64,000 bases of DNA, taken from an uncultured delta proteobacterium (lineage in GTDB: Bacteria > Myxococcota > Myxococcia > Myxococcales > Anaeromyxobacteraceae). The position numbers were made by a program, and so were the translations under genes. The notes under the pieces were generated by a model. It was not told the DNA's origin. It saw only the letters and a list, made by a program, of their open reading frames with translations, and made no database searches. The DNA lies in NCBI GenBank assembly GCA_963845515.1, contig CAWJSR010000045.1, positions 128,001 through 192,000 of the forward strand. Direction: 5' to 3'. This document shows positions 40,193 to 50,300 of the stretch, one piece after another. Positions within the stretch are counted from its first letter, which is position 1. The number at the start of each line of letters is the position of its first letter.

Positions 40193-41449
40193 TCACCCGC
40201 GGCGCTCCCACGCCGCCGCGAAGAACGCGTCGCACCCCTGCCGGTGCGGCCACGTCCTTAGGAAGCCGTCGGGCGTGACGCAGTCGGTCGGGGCCGCGGG
40301 CCGCACGCGCTCGAACGCCGGGTTCCGGACCTCGAACGCCAGCGCCACCTCCTCGTCCTCCTCGCGCCTGAACGTGCAGGTGGCGTAGACGAGCGTGCCG
40401 CCCGGTCTCACGTGGGCCGTCGCGCGCTCGCAGAGCGCAAGCTGGAGCTTCGGCAGGTCGCGAAGGGAGGCCGGATCGAGCCTCCACCGGAGGTCGGGCC
40501 CGCGTCGCAGGGTCCCCAGCTCCGAGCACGGCGCGTCGACGAGGACACGGTCGACCGCGAGCCCGGTCGGCGGGGTGGCGCCGTGGACCGAGACGTTCGC
40601 GGCGCCGGCGCGGCCCGTGCGGTCATGGAGCCGTCGAAGCCTGTCGCCGTCCGGATCGGCCGCGTGCACGCGACCCTCGCGGCCGACGTCGGCAGCCAGC
40701 GCCAGCGTCTTGCCGCCGGCGCCGGCGCACAGGTCGAGCACCTCCTCCCCCCGGCGCGAGCCGACGATGGCCGCGAGCAGCTGGCTCCCCTCGTCCTGCA
40801 CCTCGAAGAGCCCGTCGCGCCACGCGGCGGAGCCGAAGAGGTTGGGGCGCTCGCTCTGGACGAGGAGGGCATGCGGCGCGAGGGCGCCCGTGCGGGTGTC
40901 GATGCCCTCGGCGCGCAAGCGCTCCGCCAGGGCGTCGCGACCCACGCGCGCGGAGTTGGCGCGCAGGGCGACGGGTGCCGGCAGGCAGAGCGCCTCGGCG
41001 AGCGCAGCGGCCTCGTCGGCGCCCGCGGCCGAGGCGAGCTCCGCGGCGAGCCAGTCCGGGAAGGACCACCGCTCGGCGAGCGGCTCAGGCGCCGGCCGCG
41101 TCGACGGCAACGAGCCGGGGGGCAGGCCGACGAGCCGCTCCGCCTCGGCACGTCCGGCGAGATCCCGCAGCAGCGCGGCGAGCAGCAGCCGCGGCCCGGC
41201 CGTCGGGCCAGCGTGCCACCGGAGCCGCCGGCGCCAGAGCCCGACGCCGAAGGTCGCCTCGGCCACCGCGCGCCGGCCGTCGCGGTCCAGGTCGCGGTGC
41301 GCGCGGAGGAAGCGGTCGAGCACACGCTCAGCCGCGGCGCCGCCGAGGATCTCTGCGAGCGGCGCGTCCAGGGCCGGCGCGAGCCCCGAGAGCCGCTCCC
41401 ACGGGACGGCGCGGAGGCGGGCGTCGACCCTGGTCGGAGGCTGGGTCAG
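40193..41449 (-). CDS. RsmB/NOP family RNA m5C methyltransferase
   Basis: EVQDEGSQ, VLDLCAG.GGKT, LVDAPCS..G..RR, YATC; frame open to a CTG overlapping the MFS stop; start uncertain. Confidence 0.88.
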   Translation of the reverse strand: MTQPPTRVDARLRAVPWERLSGLAPALDAPLAEILGGAAAERVLDRFLRAHRDLDRDGRRAVAEATFGVGLWRRRLRWHAGPTAGPRLLLAALLRDLAGRAEAERLVGLPPGSLPSTRPAPEPLAERWSFPDWLAAELASAAGADEAAALAEALCLPAPVALRANSARVGRDALAERLRAEGIDTRTGALAPHALLVQSERPNLFGSAAWRDGLFEVQDEGSQLLAAIVGSRRGEEVLDLCAGAGGKTLALAADVGREGRVHAADPDGDRLRRLHDRTGRAGAANVSVHGATPPTGLAVDRVLVDAPCSELGTLRRGPDLRWRLDPASLRDLPKLQLALCERATAHVRPGGTLVYATCTFRREEDEEVALAFEVRNPAFERVRPAAPTDCVTPDGFLRTWPHRQGCDAFFAAAWERRG

Positions 41450-42663
41450 GGGCCGATCCGATCGAGCTTGCGCAGCGCAGGGGCGCGCCAGGCGACGGTC
41501 GCGACCGTCAGGAGCGTCATCAGCCCGCCGAAGACCACCGACGGGACGACGCCGATCAGGCGGGCGGCGACCCCGCTCTCGAAGGCGCCGAGCTCGTTCG
41601 AGGACCCGATGAAGAAGCCGTTCACCGCGGAGACGCGCCCCATCTTCTCGCGAGGCGTGTAGGTCTGGACGAGCACGCTCCGGAGCACGACCGAGACGTT
41701 GTCGAGCGCGCCGCCGAGCGCGAGGAGCGCGAGCGAGAGCAGGTAGGACCTGGAGACCGCGAAGGCGATCCAGGTGACGCCGAAGACGGCGACGCTCCAG
41801 AGGAGCGTCCGGCCGGCCTTGGGGAAGTGGCCGAAGCGAACGAGGGAGAGCGACATGATCACCGAGCCGACGGCCGGCGCCGCGCGCAGGAAGCCGAAGC
41901 CGATCTCACCGACGCCGAGGAGGTCCCGCGCGAAGACGGGGAGGAGGGCGGCGGCACCTCCGAAGAGGACCGCGAAGAGGTCCAGGCTCAGCGCGCCGAG
42001 GATGAGCGGCTGGCCGAAGACGAACCGGACGCCGTCGGCGAGATCGTCGAAGAGGCCGCCACCCGGGGGGGCCTCGACGGGCCGGCGCTTCACGCCGGCG
42101 AGCGCGAAGAGCCCCCCTGCCGCGAGCAACACCACGACGGCGTAGGCGAGCCGCGGCCCGCCCAGCGCGATGAGGAGGCCGCCGAGCGCCGGACCGAGCA
42201 CCATCGCGGCGTGGAAGAACGAGGAGCGCCAGCTCGCCGCGTTGTGGTAGTGGGCGCGCGGGACGATCTCCGCGCCGAGCGCGCTGGTGGCGGGACGGAA
42301 GAAGGCCCGGCCCAGGCCGGCGAGCGCCTGCGCGGCGTACAGGGGCAGCGTGGAGCGCGGGCTGCCGAGGCTCACCACGAGGAGCCAGGCGCCGCTCGCG
42401 CCGATGGCCGCCAGCCCGGCGATCGAGAGCAGGCGGCGGTCCCGGCGATCCGCTGCCCAGCCGCCGACCAGGGTGAGGGTGAGGAAGGGGACCGCCTCGG
42501 CCAGCCCGACGAGGCCGAGCGAGAGCGGGTCTCCCGTCAGCGAGTAGATCTGCCAGCCCAGCACCGCGCTCTGGATCTGCGTGGCGACGAAGACGGCCAC
42601 CATCCCACCGAGGAAGGCGCGGTACTCGGGGAAGCGCAGCGAGGCGTACGGGTCGGGGGCCAC
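41446..42663 (-). CDS. MFS transporter (H+ antiporter-3/EntS-like)
   Basis: About 12 TM; LGLVGL, G..ADR.DRR, SLDLFAVLFGG, SNELGAFESG. Confidence 0.92.
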   Translation of the reverse strand: MAPDPYASLRFPEYRAFLGGMVAVFVATQIQSAVLGWQIYSLTGDPLSLGLVGLAEAVPFLTLTLVGGWAADRRDRRLLSIAGLAAIGASGAWLLVVSLGSPRSTLPLYAAQALAGLGRAFFRPATSALGAEIVPRAHYHNAASWRSSFFHAAMVLGPALGGLLIALGGPRLAYAVVVLLAAGGLFALAGVKRRPVEAPPGGGLFDDLADGVRFVFGQPLILGALSLDLFAVLFGGAAALLPVFARDLLGVGEIGFGFLRAAPAVGSVIMSLSLVRFGHFPKAGRTLLWSVAVFGVTWIAFAVSRSYLLSLALLALGGALDNVSVVLRSVLVQTYTPREKMGRVSAVNGFFIGSSNELGAFESGVAARLIGVVPSVVFGGLMTLLTVATVAWRAPALRKLDRIGP

Positions 42664-42790
42664 CGGCGACGCATGCTGCGCCGCGGCGTGCCGGGCGGTC
42701 AAGCGCGGCACGGGGAGCGAGGCCGGGCCTCCGGACCCACACCGCCGCCTTTACCGCGAGGGTGAAATGAGGTCGGATCGAGGTGAACCC

Positions 42791-43168
42791 ATGGGCCGCA
42801 TCCTGATCATCGAAGACGACAGCGCCATTCGCGAGATGTTGCGGCGGCGGCTGGAGCTCCGCGGCTTCGAGGTCGAGCAGGCGCCCGACGGCGAGTCGGG
42901 GCTCGCCATGATCCACGCGTCCCTGCCCGACGTCGTGCTCCTCGACCACGGGCTCCCGGGCATCAGCGGCTGGGAGGTCGCCCGGGCGCTGCGCGCAGAC
43001 CCACGCTTCGCGGCGCTACCCATCATCGCCCTCACGGCCCACGCCGGCCCGCTGGCGCGGCGCGACGCGCTCGACGCCGGCTGCACCGCCTTCCTCACCA
43101 AGCCGGTCGACATGAAGGCGCTCGAGAAGGAGCTGCGAACCCACGTCAAGCCCGGGAAGCCCCGGTGA
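42791..43168 (+). CDS. Single-domain response regulator (DivK-like)
   Basis: IIEDD, LLD..LP...GW, IIALTAHA, KP. Confidence 0.92.
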   Translation: MGRILIIEDDSAIREMLRRRLELRGFEVEQAPDGESGLAMIHASLPDVVLLDHGLPGISGWEVARALRADPRFAALPIIALTAHAGPLARRDALDAGCTAFLTKPVDMKALEKELRTHVKPGKPR

Positions 43169-44367
43169 TCGAGCCGCGACTCAAGCCGCGCTCCGTCCGG
43201 CGCTTCAAGCGTGGGGCCGTGGTGGCCGCCTGCTTCGCGGGCTACGCGGCCGCCTTCTTCCCGGCGTGGAGCCTCCTCGGCGACAACGCCGGGACGCTCA
43301 CGATCGTCCCAATCGTCGCTGCCGGGTGGCTCTTCGGCGTAGGCGCCGGGGTCGGCGCGGTGGTGGCCGGAGTGTTCCTCACTTACGGGCTCCTCGTGCA
43401 GGTCGCTCCCGACCCGCTCCGCGTGCTCCTGGAGAACAGCCTCAGCATCGCAGCGGGGTTCGCCGTCGGCGGCGCGACCGGCTGGGTCCGCCAGGTGCTG
43501 GCGCAGCTGCGGCGCCAGACCCGCCGGCTCGAGCAGCGCCACGCGCGGGCGCTCCTGGAGGCCGGGCTGAGGAAGGCGGCCGAGGAGGAGCTGCGCCGGG
43601 TGAACTCCACGCTGGAGGCGGCCTGCGACGCCGCGGTGCGTGCCTCGGACGAGAAGAGCCGGTTCCTGGGACGGGCGAGCCACGAGCTGCGGACCCCGCT
43701 CGCCGCCATCCAGGGTTACGCAGAGCTGCTGCTGGAGGAGAGCGCCGCCAGGGGAGCGCCGCCGCAGACGCTTGCGCGCGACCTCGGCAGGATCGTCGAG
43801 GCGTCTCGCCACCTGGCTGGGCTCGTGGACGAGCTGCTGGACATCTCGAAGATCGAGACCGGCAGGCTGGAGGTGAAGCTCGCCTCCGTGGATCTGCGGT
43901 CGCTCGTCGAGGACGTCGCGGCGATGATGCAGCCGGCAGCGGTGGCGGCCGGGACCAGGCTTCGGGTCCGGTGCGCCGCTGACGTCCCGCGCGTCCGGAC
44001 CGATGCCCGCCGCGCCCGGCAGGTCCTGCTCAACCTGCTCTCGAACGCCATCAAGTTCACTGGCGACGGTGACGTCGAGGTGGTGGCCGGTCCCGCGGTT
44101 GGCGCGCCGGATGAGTGGGCCGAGATCGAGGTGCGAGACACGGGGCCCGGGATGAGCGCGGAGGAGCAGCAGCTCGCCTTCGACGAGTTCTGGCGCGGCA
44201 ACACCGACAAGCCCGGCGTGGGGCTCGGGCTCTCCATCGCGCAGCGGCTCTGCGTGGAGCTCGGCGGCAGCATCGCCGTCAGCGGCGTCCCCGGCGTGGG
44301 GACGGCCTTCGTCGTCAGGCTGCCGGTGGTCGGGGCGAGGGAAGCCGACCTCCCTGCGCGCGCATGA
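43165..44367 (+). CDS. Membrane sensor histidine kinase
   Basis: SHELRTPL, NLLSNAIKFT, DTGPG, G.GLGL. Confidence 0.93.
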   Translation: MIEPRLKPRSVRRFKRGAVVAACFAGYAAAFFPAWSLLGDNAGTLTIVPIVAAGWLFGVGAGVGAVVAGVFLTYGLLVQVAPDPLRVLLENSLSIAAGFAVGGATGWVRQVLAQLRRQTRRLEQRHARALLEAGLRKAAEEELRRVNSTLEAACDAAVRASDEKSRFLGRASHELRTPLAAIQGYAELLLEESAARGAPPQTLARDLGRIVEASRHLAGLVDELLDISKIETGRLEVKLASVDLRSLVEDVAAMMQPAAVAAGTRLRVRCAADVPRVRTDARRARQVLLNLLSNAIKFTGDGDVEVVAGPAVGAPDEWAEIEVRDTGPGMSAEEQQLAFDEFWRGNTDKPGVGLGLSIAQRLCVELGGSIAVSGVPGVGTAFVVRLPVVGAREADLPARA

Positions 44368-44383
44368 GCAACCGGGGCGAACG

Positions 44384-44671
44384 ATGAACGTGAGACAGGT
44401 CCAGGTCCGAGGGTGCCTCCCGACGCTGGTCGCCCTCGTGGTGGTCGGGGCGATCCTCGCCTTCGCCGTGACGACCGGCTTCGCGCTGCTCGCGGTCGCG
44501 GCGGTCGCTGGGCTCGTCGCGACGCTCGTCCGGCGGGCGCTCGGCGCCGCGAAGCCCGCAGACGAAAGGACGCCCGAAGCGCGCCGGCGCGCAGCGGACG
44601 TCACGATCGATGCGGAGGTGGTCGAGCCTTCGGAGGGCGGCGACCACCGCCCGCCGAAGTTGCCCGAGTGA
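44384..44671 (+). CDS. Small hypothetical membrane protein
   Basis: Two TM helices, TIDAEVV tail. Confidence 0.6.
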   Translation: MNVRQVQVRGCLPTLVALVVVGAILAFAVTTGFALLAVAAVAGLVATLVRRALGAAKPADERTPEARRRAADVTIDAEVVEPSEGGDHRPPKLPE

Positions 44672-44682
44672 GGCGCGCCCTG

Positions 44683-44913
44683 CTAGGCGCTGCGCTCGTG
44701 CTGCGCCGCCATCATGGCGATCACCGCGACGACGATCGGTGACGCCAGCACGGCGACGAGGAGCGCGAACGCGAAGATCGGTGTTCCGAACGCAAAGACG
44801 ATCGGGACGAGGAGCATCATGGGGATCACCCTGCTCCAACGGATCGTTCCTCCGGCCGCCTTCGAGCCCACCACGACATCCGCGTACGAGATCGCCTGAT
44901 AATCGCTCGCCAT
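44683..44913 (-). CDS. Small hypothetical membrane protein
   Basis: RBS GGAGG, long hydrophobic span. Confidence 0.55.
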   Translation of the reverse strand: MASDYQAISYADVVVGSKAAGGTIRWSRVIPMMLLVPIVFAFGTPIFAFALLVAVLASPIVVAVIAMMAAQHERSA

Positions 44914-45271
44914 CGCCGTTCCTCCCCCTGCGTTGTCTAGGCGCGCAGGTACTTCGCGTGGAACGTTAAGGCGCCCGGCGAACGGCCGCATGACCCTTCG
45001 TGGCTGCAAACTCCTGCAATATCAGCATGTTAACGTGTCCCACCTTGCGCCAGATCAACCTCGTCCCGATGGATGAGAGGGCGCAAGGCCAGCAAATGCG
45101 GCGTACTCGACTGGCGCGGTCAACCTTGACGGCGCCACTCCAAATACGACCTTAGGGGGAACCCATAAACCTTCGGGAAGGCCAGCGGCGCGAGCGACGG
45201 AAGGGTGGGGCGGGCCGCTCGTGAAGCGGTTATCGAGCGGCTGAGGTCGATCTCCCGCGTCGGAGCCCACC

Positions 45272-45733
45272 ATGGAAGATAGCTCCAGAGCCCTGCTCTT
45301 CCGGATCCTGCCGCTCGCCCCCGCGCTGCTGATCCTCTCGCTGCTCGCCGCCGCCGCGGCCTCCGGGATGGCGCGCGGACCTGGCGCGGGTGCGTGCGAG
45401 CCCCAGACCTGGCTCGACTGGCACGTGGCGGTGAAGACCCAGTGCGTGACGCGCACCTACGTCTGCCACAACATGACCCCCTCGAAGCTCCTCCGGGACC
45501 CGCGGGTCGTCGACGCGTACGAGGACGCCCTCGCCTCGAACGACAGGGAGCGCATCGCGGAGATGGACACGCTCATCGGTCAGATCCGCTCGGCCTATGG
45601 CTGTGGCTCGGCGCCGGATCGGCTGCCGCGCGCCGCTCCAGGCCGCGCGCCGTGGGTCCCCCCAGGGCACCCCCCGATGCACGACCTGTCGCCGCGGGCA
45701 GATCCTGCGCTGGGGCTCGACAAGACGATCTGA
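45272..45733 (+). CDS. Hypothetical secreted Cys-containing protein
   Basis: Signal peptide, coding-like codon use. Confidence 0.6.
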   Translation: MEDSSRALLFRILPLAPALLILSLLAAAAASGMARGPGAGACEPQTWLDWHVAVKTQCVTRTYVCHNMTPSKLLRDPRVVDAYEDALASNDRERIAEMDTLIGQIRSAYGCGSAPDRLPRAAPGRAPWVPPGHPPMHDLSPRADPALGLDKTI

Positions 45734-45823
45734 CCCGTCGAGGTCGGCCCGAGCGGGCGCTCGCGGAGCCCGGCGGCCTGCCTCGTCTCCGAGCGCGATC
45801 GCCGGTGGCCCCCTCCCCGTGGC

Positions 45824-45860
45824 TTGACTAGTAACGGTACCTTGCGATAACAAGGTACCG
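45824..45860 (+). promoter_or_regulatory. padR promoter/operator: TTGACT box and CGGTACCTTG-N6-CAAGGTACCG
   Basis: Perfect 10-bp inverted repeat ending 3 nt before ATG. Confidence 0.7.
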
Positions 45861-45863
45861 ACC

Positions 45864-46190
45864 ATGCCGCCAGACTCCGACCGCTTCGGCGCCATCCGGA
45901 AGGGACTGCTCGAGCTCCTGGTCCTGAAGATCGTCGCCGCGGACAAGGTCTACGCGGCCGACATCCTGGCGAAGCTGGGGGGCACCGAGTTCGCGACGCA
46001 GGAGGGGACGCTCTACCCGCTCCTGAGCAAGCTGCGGCGCGCCGGGCTGCTCGACTACGAGTGGGTCGAGTCGGAGGCCGGACCGCCGCGCAAGTACTAC
46101 GTGCTGACAGCCAGGGGGCGCACCTGGCTCGCCGAGCTCAACGCCTACTGGAAGACGCTCCGCTCCACGGTGGAGCGGATGGGAGAGTAG
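45864..46190 (+). CDS. PadR family transcriptional regulator
   Basis: RKG.LE..VL, EGTLYPLL..L, GPPRKYY.LT..G. Confidence 0.93.
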   Translation: MPPDSDRFGAIRKGLLELLVLKIVAADKVYAADILAKLGGTEFATQEGTLYPLLSKLRRAGLLDYEWVESEAGPPRKYYVLTARGRTWLAELNAYWKTLRSTVERMGE

Positions 46191-46192
46191 CC

Positions 46193-47341
46193 ATGCAGAA
46201 GGTCATCAACGCCAGCCTTCACGGCAACGCCTACGCCATCGAGGAGGGGGGCTACGAAGCGCTGCGCGCCTACCTGGACGCCGCCGCCGCCGGCCTCGCG
46301 GCCGATCCCGACCACGAGGAGATCCTCGGCGACATCGAGCAGGCGATCGCAGACAAGTGCGCCCGCCACCTCGGGCCGCACAAGTCGGTGGTCACCGAGG
46401 CCGAGATGAAGCAGGCGCTCGAGGAGATGGGGCCGGTCGGCGCGACGCCAGAGGTCGGCCCCGCCGCCGCCGAGGCGCCGCCGTCGCCTCCCGCGGCAGA
46501 GCCGGTGCGCCGCCTCTACCGCATCCTCGAGGGCGGGATGGTGGGCGGCCTCTGCAACGGACTCGGCGCCTACTTCGCGCTGGACGCGAACGTCGTCCGG
46601 GCCATCTTCGTGGTGCTGACGCTCGTCACGCACGGCGCGTGGCTCCTGGTCTACCTCGTGCTCATGTTCGTGGTCCCGGCCGCCGGCACCCCCGAGGAGC
46701 GGGCCGCGGCGAGCGGCCTCCCCTTCAGCGCCCAGGGGCTGATCGACGAGGCCAAGCGCCACTACGCCAACCTGGAGCAGGAGCTGCGCGGCCCGTGGGG
46801 CGCGTGGCGCCACGGCGGCGGTGAGCGTCGCGAGCGCCGCCGCGAGGCCAGGCGCGCGGCCCGCGAGGCTCGACGATCCTGGCGCGAACACCGGGCCGAG
46901 GCGACGGTCGAAGCCTCCGGCGTCCCGTACGCACCGGCCCACTACGCGCAGCAGGTGGCAGCCGGCCTCACCGTCCCCGTGGCCGCCTTCGCGAGCGCGC
47001 TCCTGACCGTCGCCTGGCTCCAGCTGTCGGCACAGGTCATCGTCACCGGCCGCCTGTTCGGCTGGTCGCCCGGGCTGCCGCTCTGGGCGGGGCTGGTGGT
47101 CCTGCTCCTCGTGACGGTCGTGGTCGGACGCCCGATCAGCCAGGTCCGCGCCGCGCTCCACCGGGCGCCCTATCCGGGCGGCGTCGCCTGGCTCGCCGCC
47201 TGGGACGGAATCCTCTGGCTCGGCTTCATCGCCCTCCTCGGCTGGTTCGCGTGGCACGCCCGCCCCGAGCTGAGCGCGCTCGCGCACGATCTCCCCGGCG
47301 CGGTCGAGAAGGTGCGGGCCTCCTGGCCGGGGGCGCGCTGA
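46193..47341 (+). CDS. PspC-domain membrane protein
   Basis: I.E..Y..L..YL...EI..DIE N-domain; RLYR....M.GG.C.GL.AYF..D PspC motif. Confidence 0.88.
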   Translation: MQKVINASLHGNAYAIEEGGYEALRAYLDAAAAGLAADPDHEEILGDIEQAIADKCARHLGPHKSVVTEAEMKQALEEMGPVGATPEVGPAAAEAPPSPPAAEPVRRLYRILEGGMVGGLCNGLGAYFALDANVVRAIFVVLTLVTHGAWLLVYLVLMFVVPAAGTPEERAAASGLPFSAQGLIDEAKRHYANLEQELRGPWGAWRHGGGERRERRREARRAAREARRSWREHRAEATVEASGVPYAPAHYAQQVAAGLTVPVAAFASALLTVAWLQLSAQVIVTGRLFGWSPGLPLWAGLVVLLLVTVVVGRPISQVRAALHRAPYPGGVAWLAAWDGILWLGFIALLGWFAWHARPELSALAHDLPGAVEKVRASWPGAR

Positions 47342-47342
47342 C

Positions 47343-50300
47343 TCACCGGCCGCCGGCGCCGTCCGCGCCCGCCGTGAGCCTCGCGAGCGCGCGCTGCGCC
47401 AGCGCGGCGCTGCTGAACGGGCTCCAGCGCTTCGCCTCCCCGACCCTCCGGTAGGCCGCGATCGCCTCCTGCTTCTCGCCGTACGCCTCCGCCACGAAAC
47501 CGACCACGAGCCAGTCATGCGGCTCGATCGTGTCACCGTAGAGGCCGATCGAGTCGCGCAGGGCCTGCATCGCCGCCCCCGGCTCGCCGGTCCTGGCCAG
47601 GACCGCCGCGAGCGAGTGGAGGGCCACGCGGTCCCGGTGGTGGTCCAGCTCCGAGGCGCGCTGGGCCTCCTGCACCGCCGTAGGGGGCGTCGGCTCCTGG
47701 AAGAGGCGCGCCCACGCGAGGTTGTTGAGGTCCAGCGACCGCGGCTCCCCCTGGGTGACGCGCGAGACGAGGGCGATGCCCTCGTCGATCTCGCCCACGA
47801 AGAGGGCGGCGTGGCCGACGGCCCGCAGCATCGGGACCGGCGACGAGCCCTCGGCCACCGCGCGCACCGCGCGCCGCACGTCCTCGCCGCGGCGAAGCCC
47901 CCCGAGCGCGCGGATGCGGTAGGCGGCGGTGCCGTTCGGGGCCGCGTCGCGCAGGGCGTCCGAGAGCTCCAGGAGCCGCGGCCAGCGCTCGAGGGTCATG
48001 CAGGCCTCCGCGAGGGCCGCCTGCACGGAGCGGCGCGTCGCGTCGGGGAGAGGGCCGGAGAGCGCCTCCTCCAGGAGGGCGGCGGCCGGCGCCGGCGCGT
48101 CCGCGGCCGCGCCCAGCAGGGCCGCCAGGAGCCGGAGGTCGGCGACGGTGGCCTTCGCGGGGTCCGCGGAGGACGTGTCGACGAGGGAGTAGACGTAGTC
48201 CGCCTGCGGCTCGCGCGGTCCGCGATCCTCATTTGCCCAGCGCAGGAGGACCCGCGCGCCCTCGACGTCCCGGCGCTCGAGCCGGCGGAGCGCCTCGAGC
48301 GCCAGCTCGCCGCTCTCCTGCTGGGCCGCCAGGAGGCGCCACGTCGCCCCCGCGCGGAGCAGGTAGAGCTTCGCCGGCAGGGAGCCGAAGGTGATCGACA
48401 CGCGCGCGAGGTCCCGGGCCGTCTCGTCCTCGCGGAGCTCCAGCGTCGCGGCCGTCAGGTCGGGCGCGGCGATGGCGGCGAAGCCCTCGGGCCCCCATCG
48501 GAGCAGCCTGTCGCCGAGGGGGCCTGCGGCGCGCTCAGGGGCGCTGCGCCCCGCCGCGACGGTGTCGCGGATCGCCCCCACCCCGTTCAGCGCCTGGATC
48601 CAGCGGACCACGCCGCGCTGGGGCGAGCCGGCCGGCGCCGTCTCCTCGAGCCGGCTCGCGTCGTGGAGCAGGCGGCCGAGCGCCCGGAGGCCGGCGACGT
48701 CGTCGGCGCCGTCGCCGGCCCGGTCGATGAGCTGCGCGGCGCGTCCGTACTCGCGGCGGTAGGAGAGGCTCCTCACCGCGACGTGGAGCGCGGTGGCGCG
48801 ATCCTTCGGCGGCAGCCGCCCCGCCTCGCCGACGGCCTGCTCCAGCCGGCCGTCCATCGCCAGCGCGGCGAGCAGCGGCCCGTCGCGCACGGCCCCCTGC
48901 GGGAGCTCGAGCGCGGTGCGCGCAGCGTCGGCGTAGCGTCCTGCCGCGACCAGCGCCCAGAGCAGCTGGGAGTCGTACTCCCGGTAGTCGAAGTCCTTGC
49001 GGGCCTTGAGGAAGAGCTCCGCGGCCTCCTCGGGGCGCGCCCCGCGGCCCAGGAAGCCGCAGTCCTCCCCGTCGAGGAGGAACCCCCCGAGCATCGCGAG
49101 CGTGCCGGGGACCTTCGGCTCGAGGATGGCAGCCCTGCGCGCGGCCTTGACCGCGCCCCCGACGTCGCACCCGCGCTTTCGGCGGCGGGAGACGAGGTCC
49201 TCCTCCAGCACGATGGCGAGCACCCGGTGCGCCCACCCGGACTCCGGCGCGAGCGCCACCGCGCGCCGGGCCGCGGCGCGCGCCGCGTCGCCGAGCCCGA
49301 GCCGGCGGTAGCCGAGCGCGAGCCGGAGCTGCGGCTCGTGGTCCCTGGGCGCGGCGGCGGCGAGGCGGCGCAGCTCGCTCAGCGCCTCGCGGCCACGCCC
49401 CGCCTCGAGCAGGCGCGTGCTCGTCCTGCGGAACTTGAAGCTCGGGCCGCCGATCCCGAACCTGGAGAGGGCGGCGCGGATCTCGTTCACGTCCTTCGCC
49501 GCGAGCGGACCGCGCGGGAGCGAGAGCGAGAAGCGTGCGGACAGCGCGTCACCGCGCTCTCGCGCGTACGCCGCTGCGAACCGGAACGGTCCGACGGCCA
49601 CCTTCGTCTCCACGGGCAGCGGCTCGACCGGCTCGAACCCCGGGGGTGGCACGACGCGGTAGTCCAGCTCGCCGCTGCACGGGCGCTGGATCGCGAGCGC
49701 GCGCTCGCGCGCTGGCTTCCTGGAGGCGCCCCCCTCCGCCGAGGAGGGCGCCTCGGGCACCAGCTCGGAGGGGAGGCACGCCAGGACGCGAGGATCGAGG
49801 CGCGCCTCGGCGTCGTCGTCGAGCGTCCTGCCGAGCTTCGAGCCCTTCGCCTCGCCGCGGACGACGAGCTGGCCGTCCTCGCGGGTCTCGGCCGAGACCG
49901 TCGCCTCGTCGGCCTCCAGCCGCTCCTTCACGTCGGCGACGCGCGACCGGGCCACCTGGTCGGCGGTCCGGTCGCGCGCGAAGTCGCGGAGCTCCGCGGC
50001 GAGGGCGCCGTCGTAGGTGCGCACCTCCGTCACCTGCGTGAGCCCGCTCGCCTGGAGGCGGACCTGCCGCTCGACGTGGGCCTTGTAGGCCGCGGGCGAC
50101 GTCACGGGGAGGGTGACGAGCGCCTTCGTCCCCCTTCGGGCGACGAGCGCGAGCTTCCCGTCGACGCCGGGGGGGAGCACGCCGAGCGGCAGCTCGGGCG
50201 CGAGCGGATCGAGGAAGATCGGCCGGGCGCCGCCGAGCGAGACGATCGCGTGGTCGAAGAAGCCGAGGCCGGGGAGGTTGGGGTCGAGCTCCGTGGGGCC

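Noticed and set aside
44914..45271. AT-richer intergenic region with CCTTGCGCC/GGCGCAAGG inverted repeat as a possible riboswitch
   Set aside because: No match to c-di-GMP, Moco or other aptamer cores I can recall; more simply divergent promoters; would need an Infernal scan
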